Below, in pieces: positions 20,427-32,504 of a stretch of DNA of 64,000 nt (position 1 is the first letter of the stretch; each line of letters starts with the position of its first letter). The position numbers were made by a program, and so were the translations under genes. The notes below the pieces were generated by a model, which was not told the origin of the DNA, did no database searches, and was given only the letters and a program-made list of their open reading frames with translations. Location: contig CBFFRQ010000078.1 of the NCBI GenBank assembly GCA_965644315.1, forward strand, positions 248,001 through 312,000. The letters are read 5' to 3'. The stretch is from Caecitellus pseudoparvulus (lineage: Eukaryota > Protista > Bigyra: Bicosoecida).

Positions 20427-21748
20427 ATGTATTCACCCACGGCAGGTGATGTGACGCTGGCAAGGCCAGGCAAGGCCTTGGCCAGCGTCTCAGCTTTCGA
20501 CAGCCACATAGGCGGCGTTGCGGTGAGACCCGCAGTGACTCCGAAGGAGCTTGGAGGCTACAACACACTTGAGCCTAACATTTACAGGTAGACTTTAGCG
20601 GACAGGAGCTCGCTGGAATTTGTGGCGTGTGCCAGGGGCCACTGGCGTGTGTTGCTCAGGTGTGTGTGCGAAACTCCGCATTGGCCAGAAAGCGGGCTGC
20701 ACCACGCCCTCCACTCTGCGATGCGGTGCAGATTTACACCCCGATCGAGGTTGATAGGACACTTGTCATCCTCGCTTGCCCGAAGTCCGAATGTGCAGCA
20801 CAGGAGGGTGGCTGGGCAGTGCTTCGCGATGTGGTCCAGGCAGCAGCGCCTGAACCTGTCCCAGCGCCTGCTCCAGCCGGAGCAGTTGTGTGGGCATCCA
20901 CAGAAGAGGGAGAAGAAGGAGTTGGTGGAGACTCCTGGGGTGGAGACGGGGATGACTGGGGGGCTGCGGCAGACTCATGGGCCTCCCCTGCAGAGACAGC
21001 GCCTGCACCATCCCCAGCGGAGCCCCCCACCCCACGCTGTGTTGCCGCCGCCTCCGCACACTGGGCTTGCCGCAAGCTGGTGCTGGAAGACGAGCCGTCC
21101 CATGCGCCCGCCAGCTCGGATGCTCGCGTGGAAGCACTGTACCAAGCGTACTTGGCATCGGAGCACGGAGCGGAGGACGCCGGCTCCTTGCCGCCCACTG
21201 CCGGACAGGCAGGCGACAGCGAGGGAAGTGACGACGAAGGGGACAGCGCTGGGCGAGAGGAGCAGCTCTTCCGTCGTCGTCTGGCCGCAGCGCCTCGCCA
21301 AGTCCTGCGGTACGCTTGGGAGGGGCAGCCGCTGTGGCCCACACGGCCGCCGGTAGCTGGCTCCTTGCTGGGTGGCAGTCAGGGGGCACATTCACATGGA
21401 CTGTCCCCTCCGCCGTGCCCTTGCGGTGCTCCTCGTGTGTTTGAGTGCCAGCTCATGCCGCCGCTGCTGTCCGCTCTGGATGTGGACGCCGGGTCGCGTG
21501 TGCACGCGGCGCCACCCAGTGTTCTCGCAGCGCTGCAGGATGCAGTTGTGGGAGATGACGAGTCTGGCGGAGATCCGAGCGCCTCTGCTGCAGCGGCTAG
21601 TGGGCAGGGTGGCGCAGGGGCTGGGGATGGCGGTGGCTTGTCTGGCGTAGAGGGTGCTGGCATGGACTGGAGTGCTGTGCTGGTCTACGCTTGCCAAGCC
21701 AGCTGCTCACAAGGCAAGTCAGAGTACGCAGTTGTCCTCCCTGCCTGA
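20427..21748 (+). CDS. PDCD2L: PDCD2-like protein (PDCD2L/TSR4 family); exons 20427-20522, 20588-20659, 20732-21748
   Basis: Spliced: FDSHIGGVA..CGVCQGPLACVAQ|IYTP. The C-terminal QVLRYAWEGQPLW, PPCPCGAPRVFECQLMPPLL and GMDWSAVLVYACQASC form the PDCD2_C domain. Confidence 0.85.
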
Positions 21749-22019
21749 ACTGGTGGCGCAGCGCCCTGCCATGGAGCTGTCGGGGGATCGTTCACATGTC
21801 CTCCCGTGCCGCGATCGCAGCCAGGGGGGCTGCAAGCCGCACCCGTGCGGCCATGAACCGACGCATGACAAACCTTCGACCAAATACAACGTATTCAGCT
21901 TTTACCGTGTGGCAACCACAGGATTTCTCTGCCAGGCCCCGCTCAGCCTGCTGTACAGCCCGATTAGCGGTGCTGGCTCGTCAACTTCCGCACTCTCACG
22001 TTTCGCGCGCTCCACCAAC

Positions 22020-23612
22020 ATGGCTGCCTCTGACGCGGCCATCTGCCCCATCTGCTGCGAAGACATGGACGAACAGGACCTCAGTTTCTTCCCATGCGAG
22101 TGTGGGTACCAGGTGTGCATGTTCTGCTGGAAGAAGATCAGGTTTGAGAGCAACTCCAAGTGCCCAGCTTGCCGCACCGAGTACACGGAAGAGAAAGTCA
22201 CGTTCAAGGCACGCACTGACCCGAAGCTGTACGTGTGCCGCGCCCATGTTCCTGGTGTTTGACGCCTTTCTCACTTTGCCCCTCCCCTGCGCTGCCACCT
22301 TGAGCAGGTCAGCAGCCGAGCGGCGGCGCAAGAAGGCGACGAAGAAGGCTGCTGGGCGCAAAGTTGTGCCGGCAGCAGTCATCGGCTCCAGCCCAGCTTT
22401 GCGGGACAAGCTGCGGCAAATGCGAGTGGTGCAGCGGAACCTTGTCTACGTCGTCGGGCTGCCGCTGGACATCGCGAAGGAGACGGTGGGTGGCACTTGG
22501 TCCCGTCGCATGTTGGCACGCGCTCACTCTCTCTCACTCTGTACCTGCAGACGCTAAAGCGACGGGAGTACTTCGGGCAGTACGGGAAGGTGCTGAAGAT
22601 CGTGGTGAACCGCAAGATTGGCGAGAGCAGCGGCCGGGGGGACAGCGCGTGTGCATACGTCACGTACGCCAACCCTGACCACGCCCGCATCGCCATCCTG
22701 TGCACTGACGGCTTCAACTTCCGCCGCCGCCCCATCAAGTCCATGTTCGGGACGACGAAGTACTGCCACCAGTTCCTGGCTGGGCGAGGGTGCAACAACC
22801 CTGACTGCATGTACCTGCACAGCATCGCGGAGGGCGAGAACTCCTTCACCAAGGACCAGATGCAGAGTGGGCGCACCTTCACCAACATCGTTCAGCCCGG
22901 GCGCGGCCCCGACAACCCTGCCAACGACGTGTACACAGCAGCAGGCTTCCCACCCTCATCCTTTGCCTCCATGGCACGCAAGGGCGAGGCACATGCTGCG
23001 GGAGCGGGGGACGCCGTCTCCACGCCGGACCCCGCCACTGATGTGAGCATGGCAGGCTCCGCTGCCACGTCTGCCGCCGCCGCCCGCACCAGCGCACCCC
23101 CCAATGCCTGGAAGACGGGAGCATCCAGCAGTGGCGGTGAAGCCAGCCAGAGCAAGGCCCCCACAGGGGATGCCCTGTCCGAGCGAGCAGCTCGCTTCAG
23201 GCAGCAACAGGCGGCAGCGCGCCCCGGCTCAAGCGCGCTCGCCCCTGCGCCTGCCCCGGTGCCTGCCACCGCCACAGGCAATCCCTTCACATACACAGCC
23301 GCTGGACGGCACCGCCTTTCCCGAAGAGGCCCCACCACTGCCATCGGGCTGCTGTCCTGCGCTTCAGGGCTGTTCCTGCCTTTGCGCCCCACGGCCGCCA
23401 GCGAGAAGCAGACCCCCCCCAAGTACGACTTTGCTTTGCACAAGGTCCCGCCACTTGTCGCAAAGGCGATTTCTGGCGACTCTGACCTGCTCCTGCCCAA
23501 GTTCAGGCAGCTAACCGGCGGCTTGGCCCAGCTCGGGCCAGGTAGCAGCTCTCGGGAGCCACTGGCAGCCGCTGCCTGGCTCAACACACACATGACCACA
23601 TCAAGCAGGTAG
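22020..23612 (+). CDS. CNOT4: CCR4-NOT subunit 4 (RING E3 ligase + RRM + CCCH zinc finger); exons 22020-22228, 22308-22485, 22551-23612
   Basis: C4C4 RING CPICCEDMDEQD..FFPCECGYQVCMFCW..CPACR, RRM RVVQRNLVYVVGL...EYFGQYGKVLKIVVN, and FGTTKYCHQFL..CNNPDCMYLH. Confidence 0.93.
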
Positions 23613-23929
23613 AACGCGCCAGGCTGACACAGCGGGAAAGTCGTGGCCAAGCCCATGGGAATGCACGCCGGCGCCTGCCTCATTCATCAAACGGGGCGTG
23701 GGTGCACCGAGCGCTCGCCCTGAGGGGGAGGAACAGCACAATCAGAACGGACTGCGCTTGCACGGGTAGGCACAATTTCCACGGCCCAGCTGCAAGTCAA
23801 TGCAATCGCTTGTGCTCAGCAAGGCCAGAGCGCAGAGGCGATCGGCAAGCACACGCCCCAGCTCCCTGCCGAAGCCCTCGCTGGCAGAGCCATTGTGGCC
23901 ATCAGCCATCACCATTCACGGCAGCTTTC

Positions 23930-26434
23930 ATGGCTGGCTACGGAGGGCATGGACAGGGTGGGCCTTCCGTGCAGGACATTCTCCACCGTGTGTTTGCCTT
24001 CCTGCGCACGGGGCCTCGCCAGTGTCGCATGCCTCAGTGCATCGCTCAACCCGCGCAGAGTTCACGGATCGAAGAGCTTCTTCCGCACCCCCGCTGCTGC
24101 CAGCGACACAGGAGGGCGTAGGTCTGCAACAGGTGCGTCCTAAACGGCACCAGGGCCTGTCTTGGCGAAGCAAGGCATTTTAGACCCCATAGCTTCCACT
24201 TGCTTTGCCTGCATGGAGCGTCTCTCTCGTTCGAGGCGTGCTGGCTGCGGTGCCGAGCCCTCGCCGAGAGCTGCTCACATCTTGCTGGGCACTCCGCCTC
24301 CCCTGTGCAGGCCCCTGAAGTGTCTGAAGCGTACAGGAGCTCCCCTGAATACTACGCCTTTTACGCGAAGAACAAGTCCCTTAACCCCCGTCTGCCCCCG
24401 CCGCTGCATGATGCTCAGTACTACGCCTTTCAAGCCAGGGCTGCCGGTGGCATGCCTGCTGGCCCGTCTCCCTGGTCAACGCCGTCCGTGGCAGACTTGA
24501 TTCTGGGAGGCGGCTCCACTGGCAGTGCTTCCAAGGCCCCCTCAGACGTCGCATCCCATGCCAGTGACAGCACAGTTGACCCTGCGGGTGCCACTTCTGA
24601 CCTGGCGGCAGTTGCTGCGGTTCCTGCCCTGGGCAGCTCCAGCTCAGTGTGGGCCCCGCAAGAAGTACCCCATGAGCCACAATGGGGTGCAAGGCCATCG
24701 AACACGCAAGGTTGGGGCGGGCCTGGCGTCGCACAGGCCGCACCGTCGCATGAGCACCCTCACATGCCCCCACAGCCAGCAGGCGTGACTTGGGGTGCCG
24801 ACGGAGGGGTGTTCCGCCACCAGCCCCCCCAGCTGCCCACCCCACCACAGCAAGGGGCTGGATGGGGGTGGCCTCCCCACCAACCAGGGTTTCATGCTGC
24901 GGCCGCTGCTGCTGGCGGGCCTGGAGCTGGCGGGCTGGGGCCCGGCATGGTCATGCCCATTGGCATGCCGCCTGCCTTTCCCGTGTACGACGCCGAGCCA
25001 CCCCCGCCCTCATTCCAGCAACACACGCAGCACCTTGGCCCGTACATGCAGCCGTACACGTTCCACTCCATGTCTCTCCCCCCCAGCCACCCTGGGCATG
25101 CGCGGGGGGGGCACAAGCCACACCACGCGCATGGCGGCCACTCATCGACAAGCGGCCACCCACACGTCCCGCAGCACAGCCAGCAGCACACCTTGACACC
25201 ACTGACGCGACTGCATCAGGCAGCAGCGGCACCGTCTGGGCGGGGGCGCCGGGGAGGGCGCAAGGCCTCCAACATGGACGGCGTCTTTGCCAGTTGCCCT
25301 GTGGATTTGGTGTCCTGCCCCGATCAGGTGCCGGTGCTGTGTAGGGACCAAGTGGGTTCCCGCTACGTGCAGTGGCGGTACAACCACGGCACAGCCACTG
25401 AGCAAGACACCATTGCCGAGGCATTGACGTCGTGCTTCGAGGTCATGGCAAGGGACCCCTTCGGGAACTACGCCGTGCAGGTGATCATGCAGGGGCGGCG
25501 GGCCGCGCACAAGCAAGCCATTCTGCAACGGGTCGTGCAAGATGGGGAAGGCCTGTGCCAGCACCCCTTTGGCTGCCGTGTCGTGCAGCGTGCCCTTGAA
25601 GAAGCCGACGCCAGCACGTGGAGCGCCCTGTCTGCTTTGCTGCACGAACACTTGCTCAAGTTCGTGTCACATGAAAACGGCAACCACGTCCTGCAGAAAC
25701 TCATTCAACAAGCGGGGAGCCGGGGGCTGGTGCTGGAGGACATGGTGAAGGCCTTGCTGCCAGACATTGTCGACACTGCTTGCCACGCCTTCGGTTGTCG
25801 CGTCGCACAGCGCCTCGTGGAGTGCGCCCCGCACGACCTCCTGACGCCCGCCGTGTTCCCCACCCTGCTTCGCTCTGCTCAGCGCTTGATGCTGGATGAC
25901 TACGGCAATTTCGTCTTGCAGCACATGCTGCTGCATGGCTCCGAGAGCACGCGCGCGAAGGTCTGCGCAGCGCTCAAGGGGCACTACGTCAAGCTGTCCT
26001 CCCACAAGTGCGCCTCCAATGTCATGGAAAGGCTCCTTGAGCGATGCTGCGCAGTGGACGTGTCTGCTGTGGTGTGGGAGTTGCTGGGTGAGCGCAAGGT
26101 TCCGACGGGCCCACACTCACCCCGCATCGACAAGAAGGACGGTTTTCTCGTCCTGGCTCCTGCCGCTGCTGCCGCCTGCCCAGTTCGGCGGCTGCTAGTG
26201 GATCGCTATGGCAACTACGTGTTACAAAAGGCGCTAGGCGTGGCTCCCATGGCTGCTCGGGTGGCCCTGGCCCTGTGTATTTTCACCAATTCGGACGTCC
26301 TGGCCAGTCTCTCCTTCGGGGGAGCCATCGTCGGCAAGGCCATGTCGACGCTGCAGGGCGCCGGTGTGAGCCCCACAGGCCGGCCAGCCGCGACAGCAGC
26401 AGCAGCGGCCAGCACAAGCTCCCCACCAACTTGA
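23930..26434 (+). CDS. PUM: Pumilio/PUF RNA-binding protein with 8 PUF repeats (two predicted 5' introns)
   Basis: Repeat signatures SRYVQ, NYAVQ, CRVVQ, NHVLQ, CRVAQ, NFVLQ, SNVME, NYVLQ. Spliced 5' exons give RASSAPP and YRSSPEYYAFY..LNPRLPPPL. Confidence 0.92.
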
Positions 26435-26648
26435 TTGTGCGGCTTCTCTGCTCAGGGCACTCGCTCAGCTTGTTCTCCTCTAGCTTCGCTGCATCATCCA
26501 ATTCAAGAAACACACGGCCCCTGCCCGGCCGGTTCCCACGGGACGCAATGCCCCTCAATATTAAAAATCTTCACGACGCAGCAAGGCATGGGCCCGCTGC
26601 AGAGTTGGATGGTTGTCCTCCTGCCGCCTACGAAACCGAGAGCCAGCC

Positions 26649-27972
26649 ATGTTTGCCAGAGCAGTCCGACGGGCTGCGGCAGGCAGTGCGTCGGGCGCAG
26701 CTCCCCGCCCCGCCATGCCCATTCGCCTGGTTCAGATGCCCCGAGCTCTGGCAGGTGCAGGGTGTGGCAGCCAAGCTCCTGTCCAGGTCGTCACTGCCCA
26801 AGCGATGCGGCAAGTGGCCTGGAGGGCGTTCTCAGCCGAAGCAGGCGTGCGTGCCGGAGTCCGCATGGCGCCTCACGCATGCTGCACTAGCTGCATGTAC
26901 TTTTATGCAGAGCAAGAGCGAGTCTAAGAGTGAAGGCAGCAAAGACGAGAAGGGCTCAGAAGTCCCTCCAGAGGAGGAAATCCCTCTGGTACGTGGTGCC
27001 GTCTTTTTCCATTTCCGCACATCACAGGTCAAACGCGTTGCACTTTCAGCTTGAGCCTGCCCTGCTCACACCCTCAAACCCCTTCAACTTCCGTGCACAG
27101 ATTGGAAGAATCGGGCTGTGTGCGTGCTGCAGCCTGCTGCGCCTTGCACCAGGCCCCTTGCTCTGCTCTGGCCTGCCGCGTCACGCCGCAATACGGCGAG
27201 GAGGGCAGCTCCACCGCACAAGCCCTGCTCCCTGCTCCTTCCCACAGTTATGGACGCTGGTATGAAGCTTGCACTGGCAGCTGCCGTCATGGGTGGCGTG
27301 CTGTACCTTGGCTACTTCATCGTGCGCACCATCCTGCCCACGTCTGCCTCCCCCATGACCATCCGCAATGATGCAGTGCGCATTCTCAAGGCGGACCCCG
27401 ATGTCTCCAGTGCGTTTGGTGAGATTAACCGCGTGCGAGGCATGGACGCCGGGCGAGGGGAGGGGCGTCGGAACTACGTCCCATCCTACACTTACACCCG
27501 TGGAGCCAAGACCTTCACCCGCATCAAGTTCCAAGTAGACAACGAGCGCAAGAGCTCAGCGACAGTGTTCGCAGAGGTGGATCATGACAGGTCCACAGGC
27601 AGTGACTTCAACTACCTCATGGTGCAGCTGGACCGTTCAAAGAAGGTCGTGACCCTCGTGGACAACCGCAAGCCTGAGAAGCCCACAGACATGCGCCAGT
27701 ACGACGTGGCCATCAAGCTGCAGCACGACTCGGCGACGTGGTACTCTGGCGGCCCTATCCATGGACCCAGTGCCGCGCAGGCAGCCATTCTTGGCCCTCA
27801 CCTAGACTACATCAACACGGTACGGTGTGACTTGAACGAGGACCGCTGCTCCGGCGACGGGTACAGCAAGGGCACCCTTGTGTACCGTGGGAAGTCCTAC
27901 AGTGCACCAGTAGGCCTGGATGACTTGGAAGCCATGGTGGGTCTGGACAGGTACACACGAGGGAACACTTGA
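26649..27972 (+). CDS. TIM21: TIM21-like mitochondrial inner-membrane protein with C-terminal extension (spliced 5' end)
   Basis: Arg/Ala-rich presequence MFARAVRRAAA.., a TM helix LALAAAVMGGVLYLGYFIV, then SPMTIRNDAVRILKADPDV..AFG..RGMD.GRGEGRRN...TRIKFQV...ATVFAEV..FNYLMV typical of TIM21. Exon junctions at the 5' end are tentative. Confidence 0.75.
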
Positions 27973-28243
27973 GTGGCAATGCACTGGCGTTCGCTGCCCC
28001 ACATGGGAACGCTGCCCTTGGCCTCTCATCAGCTGCTCAGGCAAAATCCATGCCAAGGCGAAGCACATGCTTGCACAGATGTGCTCATGGCGTCACAGAC
28101 TTGGGATCTCCTGGTTTCCAGTGCGCACCAGCACTGCCAGTGGCTCGCCTGCTGTCGGCGAAGCCAGAGCAGGCAACTCCTGCCCGCACGCTCCCGGGTC
28201 CTCAGACGCACAGGAGCTGTTGCCAGGTCCTCCCACACCAGGC

Positions 28244-31200
28244 ATGGACAGTGCTTCAAGGAACCCGTCGAGGGCAACAATAGCCAAGTCCAGGTGAGTG
28301 CCTGTACTGCATGGCGAGTAGCCATCCCAGTCGCAGCGACTGCAGCGGCCAGCAACCGTGGCCTGGACAAGCTCCCTTGCTGCATTGCGCAGGCTTGCCC
28401 CTCTGGACCATGTGCGATCCTTGTATGAGGCAACAGATGGAATTGTCCCTGCTGACCGGAGAGTGCGGGGCAAGGCGGTGCGTGGTCCTGGCTCGCTGCA
28501 GAAACGTGCTGGGCAGTCCACATCGGCTGCCTGTCCCTGCATCCTCGCAGGACCTTGTGGAAGCATTGAAGGGCGTGACCAATAGAAGCCGAACGAATCC
28601 CAACTCTGCTGTTGCGAGCGTCTTGTCTCGTGCTGACTTGGAGGCTGGCCTGGTTGATGAGGCCACTGCGTCCCTGGCGAAGCAAGCCGTGGCCACAACC
28701 ACACTGGGACGCACGGGCGCCGCACGGGCGATCGGGTCAGCCAGCAAAGCAAGGTTCGGCGGTGGCGGTGGGGCATCGGGGTCTGCGTCTTTGAAGCGCA
28801 TCAAGGGCGGAGCGACGGGTGCCGCCGTGTTGGCTGACAGCACCACCACAGCCATTGCAGAGTTGGAGAGTGTTGTGAATGCCAATGCCCGCAAGTACAA
28901 CGACTTGCAGTTTACCGTGAAAGGCCGTGAGAAGCAGCTGGAATCCCTGCTCACTGAATTGAAGGACCTGAAGAAGGAAAACGCCCTGCTTGGCGTGGTG
29001 CCGGATGAGGAGGGCGAGGAGGGGGCTCCTCCCAAGATTGCCCTGACGCCGCATGCACGTCGCATCGCCGAATTGACCCGCCTAACACGAGCCACAGACG
29101 AAGAGCTGGCGGAAGCAGACCAAAAGCGCGGCCAGTACCGCCACATGGCCAGCCGCCTCCGCTCCAATCAGGTGGTCTTCACCGGGCACATCCAAGCCAT
29201 GGAGGCAGCCCTGTCTGCCACCACCAGCGAACTAGCCGAAGTCACTCGCAACGTGCGCATGTTGGAGACGGCTAAAGACACAGCAGCCCTTGATCTGGCG
29301 AAGTACCAGCAAGCCCTCGAGCACCTGCGGCAGCGCCGAGACAAGGAGGTGTCTGAGCGCAAGCACGAGCTGGCTCTTGCTCGCAAGGCGCTGCAATTGC
29401 GGAAGCAGCGAGAGGCTGTGCGAGCAGAGCTGCAGGCTCAACTGACTGGAGACCTGTCAAGAGAGCAGGAGCTGGAGTTGATTCAGGTTCGGCGCGAGAA
29501 GGCGGCCAGAGTCAGCGCCTTGACCAAGGAACGGCAGCAGGTGGCTGAGCGAGCAGAAGAGGTCTTCTCCACCTTCTCGAAGGTACGCCTGGCCACTGGC
29601 GCCGCAGATGTTGCAGACATGGTGTCTAGGTTTACCAGCATTGGCACGGTGCAGGCTTCCATGGAAGAGGAAGCCAAAGTCGCCGAGGCGCAGCTGGAGG
29701 TGGTCAAGGCGGCCGTGTCGTCCGCGAGAAACGCCCTGGCGCAGGCGCGGGCTGTGGGCGGCAGCCGCGAGCCAGAAAGCAGTGTGACTACCCCCAAGCG
29801 ACCAGAGGCTGCGCACCAAAGCATCGGCTCGTCACCAGGTAGCCCTGCTGCGTCTCCCGGGGGACCCCGCACGGAAGGCAGCGCTGGAACACGGTCCCCA
29901 AGCGACAGCGCTCCCACCTCCACCCCCGCCACCCCGAGCCGAGGGAGTGCCCCACTGTCACTGAAAGGGGCGGACCTGTGCTCCATAAACACCGCACAGC
30001 TGCCACTGGGAGACGACGAGGTGTACTTGCAAGTGGTGGAAGCATTCCGCGAAGCCATCACCGAGGAGGAGCGGCGCTTGGAGCGGGCCACGGACACGGC
30101 ACAAGTCCTGCAGGATGCGGTGCTTGGCATGCAGCAAGCAACCAACAGCATCGTGCACAGGCTGCAGCCCTTCGGTGACGTCATCGGCAGACCAACCCCG
30201 CCTGGAGTTGGCATGCAGCGGTGCTCAGAAGATGCCCTCATATCTGCCCTGCAAGAAGCAAGCGCTGATCCAAGTCCTGTCCAGCGCGCTTCTTCCCGGA
30301 CGACGCCTGCACGTGCCCAGCAGACAAGAACAGACCATGTGCTGCATGAGGCGCTTCGCCCCTTTGCGGCTGAGGTGTCCTTGGAATCTGTGCAGCGCGC
30401 GCGTGCTGCTCCAGAGTTCCGCCGTGCGCGTGGCTTGCCCACGGTCAAGCAGGTGGGAGTTGTTGCACCGGCAGTGCATGTGCTAGGCATGCTGCACGAA
30501 GCTGTGGTGCACGTACAGCGAGTTGCGCGGCTGTTGCAGGTGGCAGCAGGCGCGAAGACCGCCGAGTTCAACGAAGTTGATCTCGTGTCTGAAGCTGTCG
30601 CTGCTACAGCTGCCAGTAGGAAGCCGAGCGGGACAACATCCAAAGGAGGCACTCTGGCACGCGGTCAGCGGCCACCGGCTCTGGCAGTTGTTGCAGGCAG
30701 CTCAGCACCGCCTCAACCTGAGCCACGCAAGTCGGGGCTCTCTCCTCGCACCATGAACAATTTGCGAGCGGCTCTGAGCCTGCAGTGGGAGGGCGAAGGG
30801 GATGAAGAGGAAGACGACGCAGGCCTCAAGGCCGCACTGCTGGGCATGGCGCCGGACTCGGAGGATGGCGAGGAGGATGACGAGGGCGCCGTGTCAGTTG
30901 CAGCCCGGGTGCAGTTCGGCAAGGCCGGCTCCACGCGACACAGCACTCCCAAGCAAAGCTCCCTGTTTGCGACACAAGAGGGGACTGGTGTGGAGGCGGC
31001 GAGCCCCCCTCCTCGCCGAGTTGGGCCTGGCACTCTTGCCAGGGCAAGCAGCAACGCTGCCACAGTCATTGCCAGCGAGCTGGCGGTGGCAGAGGATTTG
31101 GACGAAGTTAGCGTGCGCAGTGAGGATGGCGGCGATGACGAGGGCGAGAGGGAAGCAGGTGACGCTTCCCCAGACACACTGGCATCGGGACCCAAGCACT

Positions 31201-32063
31201 CCTTCCTCCTGCAGCGGCCGGGTGTGGGAGCAGCCAGCACGCGCGGTATCCCCGGCAGCACCGTCGCAGCGGGGCGGGCCATCACGCCGCCCAGCAAGTT
31301 TGACGAGTCCCTGGGATCCAGTGACTCGCCATCCCGCCCGCTGTCACCGATTGCCTCCACGCCAGGCCCCGTGGCCGGGGACACTGCGCTCGGCCCAGCC
31401 AAGCCGGAGCTCCGACGAGGCAAGTCTGCAGCAGAGCGCCTGTCTGCCTTGAAAGCCACCCGGGCACATGTTGTCTCCAGGCAAAGTGCCCAACGAGCAG
31501 GGGGGTCAACAGAGCCCGGCAAGCCTCACGAACGCGGCTCTTCCCATGTACCAAGCGGGAAGGGGGGCGTGCAGTGGGCCTCCCCGGAGCCCGCTGCGGC
31601 GCCCGCTACCGCCGACGGCGATGACTCCGATGAGGCCGATGCCTTTGCACGGTCCCGGTACACCATGAAGGCACAGTCTTCATCGCTCGTGTCTCGCGAG
31701 GCGGAGTTGTTCATCCTCGAGCAAGGCAAGTCTGACGTCACTACCTCAGCACCCAGTCGCAGGCCAGGCAGCGCAGGGGTGTCGAAGCGTGTGGCCCTGC
31801 CCGGCCCCGTGCGCTCTGCCAAGCAGCCCCCCCCGGAAGCCTCAAACAGCGGCAGCGTGCTGGCGCCTGATTCCATCCCCTCCACTGGGGCATTGGGCGG
31901 GGCGCGCCTGTCTGATGAGGAAATCGGAGTGCGACGTCGGCGGGCAGCTGCCGCCGCGAAGGTGGAGGCGCAGGCGACAGCGATGTCGCGCTTGACCAAC
32001 CCCCACGCGGCGGCCTCGTACCGCGGGATGGATGCGCTCCTCCGGCGGCCCCACATGCAGTGA
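28244..32063 (+). CDS. Coiled-coil protein resembling outer dynein arm docking complex subunit (DC1/ODAD3-CCDC151-like) with long disordered tail
   Basis: A short first exon MDSASRNPSRATIAKSR is spliced to RNVLGSPH. The heptad region KYNDLQF..REKQLESL..RIAEL...EADQKRGQYRHMASRLRSNQVVFTGHIQAMEAAL resembles the DC1/CCDC151 pattern I..LE..L..A..KY.EA..I...Y..I..RL..E...F...L.A.E..L. Confidence 0.55.
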
Positions 32064-32504
32064 GTCTGTGCTCGTGTGAGTGTGGCCACCCTCGTTGAGC
32101 TGGAGGGTGCCGCCGGCCAGTGACCGTCGGATGGTGACGGTGCGGGGGGAGAGGCAGGTGTTGTGTGAGAGTGGCATGGTGCGGCTGCCCTTGCTTCTCT
32201 CCAGCGTGCGCTGTTGGGTGCTGGAACACTTGAGCAAGCGCTTTCGTTTGCTGGGTTTGCTGGGAGGTGGCGAGCGTTTCGGGGTGTTGGGGCGTGCCAG
32301 ACAGCCCCTGTGAGCCACACATAGCACGAGCATTCTCCCTTCACTTCCAAATGCATCATACTGAACCCTGTAGTGTGCTTTTCTGACCCTGCTCTCTGCA
32401 CGATAAGTGCGACACCTCTCATCGCCAAGTTCGCCTCCACGCCAACGCCACACGTTGCGCCCCCACTTGACCCGCAATCTGTGAGCCAGGGCAGCACATC
32501 AAGC

